Positions 58,631 through 64,000 of a stretch of DNA of 64,000 nucleotides are shown here, one piece after another. The translations under genes and the position numbers were made by a program. Numbering within the stretch: position 1 is the first letter of the stretch; every line of letters starts with the position of its first letter. The stretch is from Deltaproteobacteria bacterium (GTDB taxonomy: Bacteria; Myxococcota_A; Polyangia; Fen-1088), in assembly GCA_033763315.1 (NCBI GenBank), contig JANRKS010000002.1, positions 64,001 to 128,000 on the forward strand, given 5' to 3'. The notes below the pieces were generated by a model that searched no databases, was not told where the DNA came from, and saw nothing but the letters and a program-made list of their open reading frames with translations.

Positions 58631-61291
58631 GTGACCGTGGCAGGCCTCTGTGTGATCGCAACCATGACCACGATGGTGGCCGCCGCATACGCGTGGCGGT
58701 TCCGGCGCCAAAAAGCATCAGCGCGCGCGATCGCCCTCTATTGTGCGTCGTTGGCTGCGTGGAACGCGCTGCACTTCATTGAGATCCGCACTGGCGGCTT
58801 GGCAGGAAAGGTCGTGGCCGACAGCCTTCAATACCTGGCGATCGGCGTTGCGGGCGCGGCCATCTACCGCGTGGCTTGGCACGAACTGGCCTGGGCGCGG
58901 TTGGGGCAAAAACTGTTTGGCTTTCTGGGCGGCTCTGCATTTGTGACCAGCGTTGTGGCCGCCTTTGCCGGTCTTGCCGGGCGCCCAGAAGCAAGGCTCT
59001 CAGTCTCATCACCCGCCATTCTTGAGTATCCCTTTACCGCCATGGATACGATTGCGTCCCTGGTCTTTTACACCGAGGTGTTTGTGGTGGTGGTCTTGCT
59101 GCTCCGCAAGCTTGCGGGCGAGCCTGCCGTATGGGCGCGGCGCACATTGGCTCTCCTTGGCGCCTTGGCCTTGCCGAGTGTCGTTGCCTTTTTTTCACTG
59201 GCCGTGGGCTTGACGATTCAGGGCGACAGAGACACGTCGCCCGCGAGCAGCATCATCGTCAGTGTATGCGTGTTTTGGCTCATGCGTCGATCCGTCGCCG
59301 CCAACATCACGCCGCTTGGCCGTCAAGCCGTGTTCGAGGCGATTCAGGACGCTGTGTTCGTGATCGACGCCAGCGCCAACGTTATAGACATCAATCATGC
59401 GGCCTGTGCTTTGGTCGGCGTGCGACCTCAGGACGTCGTGGGCAAACCAGTTCACGACATAAAAACGCGTCTCCCCGCTTTGGGCACCTGCTTCGCTGTG
59501 CAGCCACAATTGCATAGCCGTTTGGAAATCGATCTCACGCTTGCGGGGGAAATTCGCCACTTTGAGGTCAGCCAGCACGCCGTAAAGGCAGAAGGTGAGA
59601 TTGTTTTGGGAACGGCGATTCTGCTGCGCGATGCAACCATCGCCGTGCAGTCCCGGCGCGCGCTTTCCGCTTCGCACGCACAAGCGCAATCGGCGCTACT
59701 TCAATCTGAAGAGCGGTTCCGCACACTTTTGGATCAAACGTATCAGGTGATCTTGATGCTGGACGGGGACGGCAACGTAAAGTTCGCCAATCGTGCGGCC
59801 TTGGGCTTTTTCCACACCAAGTTAGACGACGTCATCGGCAAGCCGTGGTCCGCATTGTTGCAGGCTGGGGTTCCACACGATCACCAGGAGAACATGGGCG
59901 CGGCTTTGACCCATGCTAAGGACGGCGCGTTTGAGCGCATCGTGGTGCCGTTTGAGCCAAACGCCGGAGCCAAGCGCGTGCTGGACGTCTCGTTGACCCC
60001 CGTCCGCAGCGCCACGGGCCCTGTTCACGAGATCATTCTTGAGGGCCGTGACATCACAGCCATGTTGGAATCGCAGGCCAAAGGCGAATCCTTGCAGCGG
60101 CAGTTGTTCCAATCGCAGCGTTTGGAAGCTGTGGGGCGCATGGCTGGAGGTGTTGCGCATGACTTTAACAACCTCCTCATGGTGATCCTAGGTAACGTTA
60201 GCGTCTTGACCGAAGACCATTCGGTCAAGCCTGAGCAACGCGTATGTTTGGAAGACATCGAAAGGGCCGCGGTGACAGCGTCTGAGGTGGTCAAACAATT
60301 GCTTACGTTCAGTCGTCCGCGCTCGGTGGGGCACGACGTTGTAGAGCTGACCGATGTGCTGGCGCGCACGCAAAGCCTTGCCGTTCATACCGCGGGCGAT
60401 GGCGTACGATTCGCCTGGCGGGTGCAGGAAGGCCTGTGGCCGATCGTTGGTGATGCCACGCAGGTGCAGCAAATCTTGTTGAACTTGGTGGCCAATGCCC
60501 GAGACGCCACGCCTGAAGGTGGGTCGGTTGAAGTGGACATCCGCAACGTTTCGATTGCACCTGAGCAGAAAAGCCATGGCACCAACAGCCGTCCTGGCAA
60601 CTTCGTGTTGTTTCAGGTTACGGACGCCGGCACCGGGATGTCGACCGCGGTTATTGAACGTGCGTTCGATCCCTTCTTCACCACCAAGCCAGAGGGGCGA
60701 GGTACAGGATTGGGTTTGTCTGTCGTGTATGGCGCCGTCCAGGGGATGGAGGGTTTTCTCGAGCTGCGTTCTGAGGTCGGCAAGGGGACCACGTTTGAGA
60801 TCTACTTGCCTGCGGCCGATCCATCGACCAGAAGAGCCTCACAGGATGCGGTTTTGGTGAAGCAGGCGCCCCTCAAGTCGACGGTCTGGGTGGTTGATGA
60901 CCAAAGCGCCGTGTTGCTCACGATGAAACGGATCCTGGAGCATCATGGCTGCACCGTGCATGTGTTCGACGATCCGGAGGGTGCGCTGGCAGCAGCGCAA
61001 ACTGAAAGCACAGCGCCCGAAATTTTGATTACCGATCTAAGCATGCCGCGGATGTCCGGCACGGGATTGGCGCGCGCGCTGGTGCAACGTTGGCCGCAGC
61101 TGCGGGTGTTGTTTGTGTCGGGATACCCCGACATCGATTCGAAGGAGCTCGACGTCGGCGCGGCTTGTGTGGAACTGATGGTTAAGCCGTTTTCTGCAGA
61201 GGACTTCCTTCAGAAACTGAACGACTTACGAATGACGTCGGTTGACCGCGCCGTTGGGATCGGAGCGGTTCATCAATCTTCAAGAGGCTGA
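58631..61291 (+). CDS. Hybrid sensor kinase (7TM-type input, two PAS domains, HisKA, HATPase, REC)
   Basis: Multi-TM N-terminus, VAHDFNN, PFFTTK...GTGLGL, C-terminal REC. Start re-called because the ORF-track extension is antisense to cheA. Confidence 0.88.
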   Translation: MTVAGLCVIATMTTMVAAAYAWRFRRQKASARAIALYCASLAAWNALHFIEIRTGGLAGKVVADSLQYLAIGVAGAAIYRVAWHELAWARLGQKLFGFLGGSAFVTSVVAAFAGLAGRPEARLSVSSPAILEYPFTAMDTIASLVFYTEVFVVVVLLLRKLAGEPAVWARRTLALLGALALPSVVAFFSLAVGLTIQGDRDTSPASSIIVSVCVFWLMRRSVAANITPLGRQAVFEAIQDAVFVIDASANVIDINHAACALVGVRPQDVVGKPVHDIKTRLPALGTCFAVQPQLHSRLEIDLTLAGEIRHFEVSQHAVKAEGEIVLGTAILLRDATIAVQSRRALSASHAQAQSALLQSEERFRTLLDQTYQVILMLDGDGNVKFANRAALGFFHTKLDDVIGKPWSALLQAGVPHDHQENMGAALTHAKDGAFERIVVPFEPNAGAKRVLDVSLTPVRSATGPVHEIILEGRDITAMLESQAKGESLQRQLFQSQRLEAVGRMAGGVAHDFNNLLMVILGNVSVLTEDHSVKPEQRVCLEDIERAAVTASEVVKQLLTFSRPRSVGHDVVELTDVLARTQSLAVHTAGDGVRFAWRVQEGLWPIVGDATQVQQILLNLVANARDATPEGGSVEVDIRNVSIAPEQKSHGTNSRPGNFVLFQVTDAGTGMSTAVIERAFDPFFTTKPEGRGTGLGLSVVYGAVQGMEGFLELRSEVGKGTTFEIYLPAADPSTRRASQDAVLVKQAPLKSTVWVVDDQSAVLLTMKRILEHHGCTVHVFDDPEGALAAAQTESTAPEILITDLSMPRMSGTGLARALVQRWPQLRVLFVSGYPDIDSKELDVGAACVELMVKPFSAEDFLQKLNDLRMTSVDRAVGIGAVHQSSRG

Positions 61292-61334
61292 GGCTGTTTT
61301 GCGCGCGCGTTGGATTTGGGTATGGGGAGGGATA

Positions 61335-62075
61335 ATGATGGCGGCGACGTTCGGCTTCGGCGAAGCGCGTGCAGCCGATCTTGGTATCAGTCCACCCAGC
61401 AACCGCCTGTTCGTGTCGGGCGAAGCGGCGGCGGGCGGGATGGTCCGCAGCCAGGTGGCGCTGGGTTACGGAAGGCCACACCAAGCGTGGAGCGGTGCCG
61501 AGGTGTGGGGGCTCACGTTCTCCACCTTCGGCAGCGTGGGCGCGTCTTTGCGCGGAAAACTTCCGTTCATCGATGCGAACATCGGCATTCGGCAAACGTG
61601 GGCGTATCAATTTGGGAGGCTGCCTCCGGAGGAGCATCACAGGGGCGTTGACGATTCTGGCGCACAGAATCGCTACGTGGCGATCGACGCCGGCGTCACG
61701 CTCTATGCGCCGGCACCGTACGGGTATGCGTTTGTGTGGGCCGACCTAACCTTGCCCGACATTCCCAACGATGCGCACATTTACGAAGAGCATCTGCGTG
61801 CCATTGTCGGGCGTGGCGCTTCGTGGGCCGTGCGGCCAACTTATCTGTTCGCCACGAACGAAAGCCGATTGTCGTTCGGTCCGATGCTTGAGTATGTGCG
61901 GTTGGGTGGCCGTCGAGCTGGCATGTGGAGGGTGGGGGGCTGCGTGTTTTATGAACTGTCTAAGCGTTGGGACTTTGGCCTTGTGCTCACGGGCGCCGTA
62001 TCAGGACCCGATGAGTTGTCGCTGTGGGATGGCATGTGGGGCACGGGACGTTTTCGCTACCGCTGGTCCCTTTAA
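61335..62075 (+). CDS. Exported hypothetical protein, possibly an outer-membrane beta-barrel
   Basis: Signal-like N-terminus, aromatic amphipathic strands, ends RFRYRWSL. Start uncertain. Confidence 0.55.
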   Translation: MMAATFGFGEARAADLGISPPSNRLFVSGEAAAGGMVRSQVALGYGRPHQAWSGAEVWGLTFSTFGSVGASLRGKLPFIDANIGIRQTWAYQFGRLPPEEHHRGVDDSGAQNRYVAIDAGVTLYAPAPYGYAFVWADLTLPDIPNDAHIYEEHLRAIVGRGASWAVRPTYLFATNESRLSFGPMLEYVRLGGRRAGMWRVGGCVFYELSKRWDFGLVLTGAVSGPDELSLWDGMWGTGRFRYRWSL

Positions 62076-62149
62076 ACGCCCCGCGGATTCTGCGCCTTAA
62101 GGCGCAGCTCGCTTCCTCCGAGTAACCCGACAACATTTATGGAGCGGGC

Positions 62150-64000
62150 ATGACAACGAACGACGGTGGCGGCGAAAACCGGCCGGGGGCAGGGCTAAGC
62201 ATCCACGCTTTGCGCCGGTTGATTCTGACCGCGTTGGTGGTTTCCGTCTCTGTCAGTTCGGTTGGCGTGTTCTTGCTGGTTCACCAGATATTCGCCAACT
62301 TCGGCCCAGCTGTAGAGAAGGATCTGGAATGGCGTGCCGTGCGTGGCGCGCGGGAGCTTTCGGCTGCCAGTGCCTTGGGTTTGGCGGTCAGCGACGCCCA
62401 AACGGCGAAAGAGCATTGGATCGATCACATCAAATCACCCGATGTTTTGGCCATCGTGGCTGTGAACGCGGAAGGCGTCGAGGTGGCCCGGCACGGGCAA
62501 ACGACCTTGCGTCTGGACGAGCTGTTCGCGGGAAAGCCCGGCAAGGTGGTGCGGTCCGACAAGTACTTTCTCTCGTGGTCTGATGCGCTCGTTGAAGGTG
62601 GATCCGTGGGCCGCTTGGCCGTCGTGATTGGCACCAAGCGTCTCGTTGAATCGCAGGCGCTGCTGCAAAAGGTGCGCATCACCACGGGCGCCTCCGCGTT
62701 CTTCGCCCTGGTCGGCGGCATTTTGTTCATCACCTTCTTCACGCGCGCCATTATCAAGCGCGACGCGCAGCTAGCGGAATATGCGGCCACCTTGGAGAAA
62801 AAGGTGGAGGCCCGCACCGCGGAGCTAGACGAACGCAACCGCGGTATGCGGCTTGTGCTCGATAATGTGAGTCAGGGTTTCGTGACCGTCAGTCTTGCGG
62901 GGGTCATGGCACCCGAACGATCCGCCGTGGTTGACCAGTGGCTTGGGACGCCGAAGGAAGGGCAAACCTTCGATTCCTTTGTTCGTCCCTTCGATCCCCA
63001 CGCGGCCGATTGGTTCTCGCAGGGCCTCGTTGAAATTGCCGAAGACATCATGCCCCTTGAGCTTTTGATCGAGCAGCTCCCCAAGCGTGTGCGAGTCATG
63101 ACGATGACCCTTGCGGCCTCGTACATTCCGATCATGCGCGCCCAGAAGGTTGAAAACATCTTGGTCGTGTTGACAGACATCACAGCGGCCTTGGAGCGTG
63201 AACGGCTGGAGCGCGAGCAAAAGGAGACTTTGGCCATGTTCGGGGCCATATCCAGCGATCGCAGCGGTTTTGTGGATTTTCTTGAGGACGCCGAGCGCAT
63301 GGTCAAATCCATCACGGAGGCCGAGGACGATGACTTCGACACCGAGAAGCGCCTCATCCATACGCTCAAGGGAAACGCTGGTCTGTACGGCTTAAACAGT
63401 GTTGTGGCTGTATGCCATGACATCGAATCACGTATGGTGGAGGACGGCGAACGACTTAGGCCCCAAGAGCGCTCCTTGGTGCAATCAGCCTGGAGCCCCG
63501 TTGCCGCGGCCGCTCGAGCTCTGCTGGGGGAAGGGGCCAAGGGGCTGGTCATCGAACAGCGAGACTACGATAAACTTGCGCAGCTTATGCAGTCGGGTGC
63601 TTCGCTTGTGGCGCTACAGAAGGAGCTGGCTTCGTGGCAACATGAACCGGTCAACTTGCGCCTGGAACGGCTGGCCACGCAAGCACGCCAACTGGCCCAC
63701 AAGATTGGCAAGCCGGGTATACGCATTCTCACGGACGCGGATGGCGTAAGGCTTGATCCGAAACCATGGCTTGGTTTTTGGTCCGCGTTCGTGCACGTCG
63801 TTCGTAACGCGGTTGATCACGGCATTGAACCGCCCGACACGCGCGTCGATAAGGGCAAGCCCGCGCACGGCAACCTGTGGCTGTCTGCGCGGCTTGAGGC
63901 GGGCGCTTTCATCGTTTCAGCCCGTGACGACGGCAAAGGCATCGATTGGGTGAAATTGGCTGCGAAGGCCGCCGAAAAAGGGCTCCCAGCGAACACGCGT
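62150..64000 (+). CDS. Membrane-bound CheA-like kinase (TM-periplasmic-TM-PAS-like-Hpt-HATPase), runs off the window end
   Basis: Not in the ORF track. Manual translation: MTTNDGG..., LEKKVEARTAEL, LVLDNVSQG, LIHTLKGNAG, VHVVRNAVDHGIE, DDGKGIDW. Confidence 0.8.
   Translation, partial: MTTNDGGGENRPGAGLSIHALRRLILTALVVSVSVSSVGVFLLVHQIFANFGPAVEKDLEWRAVRGARELSAASALGLAVSDAQTAKEHWIDHIKSPDVLAIVAVNAEGVEVARHGQTTLRLDELFAGKPGKVVRSDKYFLSWSDALVEGGSVGRLAVVIGTKRLVESQALLQKVRITTGASAFFALVGGILFITFFTRAIIKRDAQLAEYAATLEKKVEARTAELDERNRGMRLVLDNVSQGFVTVSLAGVMAPERSAVVDQWLGTPKEGQTFDSFVRPFDPHAADWFSQGLVEIAEDIMPLELLIEQLPKRVRVMTMTLAASYIPIMRAQKVENILVVLTDITAALERERLEREQKETLAMFGAISSDRSGFVDFLEDAERMVKSITEAEDDDFDTEKRLIHTLKGNAGLYGLNSVVAVCHDIESRMVEDGERLRPQERSLVQSAWSPVAAAARALLGEGAKGLVIEQRDYDKLAQLMQSGASLVALQKELASWQHEPVNLRLERLATQARQLAHKIGKPGIRILTDADGVRLDPKPWLGFWSAFVHVVRNAVDHGIEPPDTRVDKGKPAHGNLWLSARLEAGAFIVSARDDGKGIDWVKLAAKAAEKGLPANTR

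Noticed and set aside
62195-63953. Short ORFs in the track at the window end
   Set aside because: They are shadows of the CheA-like frame starting at 62150, which has no stop inside the window.

Overview
GC-rich bacterial DNA. The gene style (Gly/Ser-linker lipoproteins, DUF1592/DUF1552 pairs, an ECF-sigma module) suggests Myxococcota, which is an inference. All family calls come from motif recognition by eye, with no database searches. The window is densely coding, and I found no rRNA, tRNA, CRISPR array or mobile element. Main blocks: (i) three heme-c DUF1592-type / Tat-type DUF1552 gene pairs (1-2666, 23843-27753, 41415-44548). (ii) A metal-handling region (7.8-20.5 kb) with a YcnI-like protein and two divergent TonB-dependent receptor operons around a Zur-like palindrome. 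One operon is preceded by a His-rich leader ORF ending in the arrest-like motif RGPP. The region also holds a collapsed ars operon remnant and chrA. (iii) An orphan DNA methyltransferase, a beta-helix lipoprotein, an ECF sigma/anti-sigma module and a SNF2 helicase frameshifted in motif VI. (iv) A diheme cytochrome plus a PQQ-dependent dehydrogenase. (v) A ~19 kb chemosensory/signalling cluster with cheAW-mcp-cheYBRX, a second CheB, a second MCP, three CheX-like proteins (one fused to MshEN-like repeats), an HDOD protein, a hybrid kinase and a membrane-bound CheA-like kinase. The strongest candidate for an undescribed system is the His-rich RGPP leader and the dual TonB receptor metal-uptake locus.
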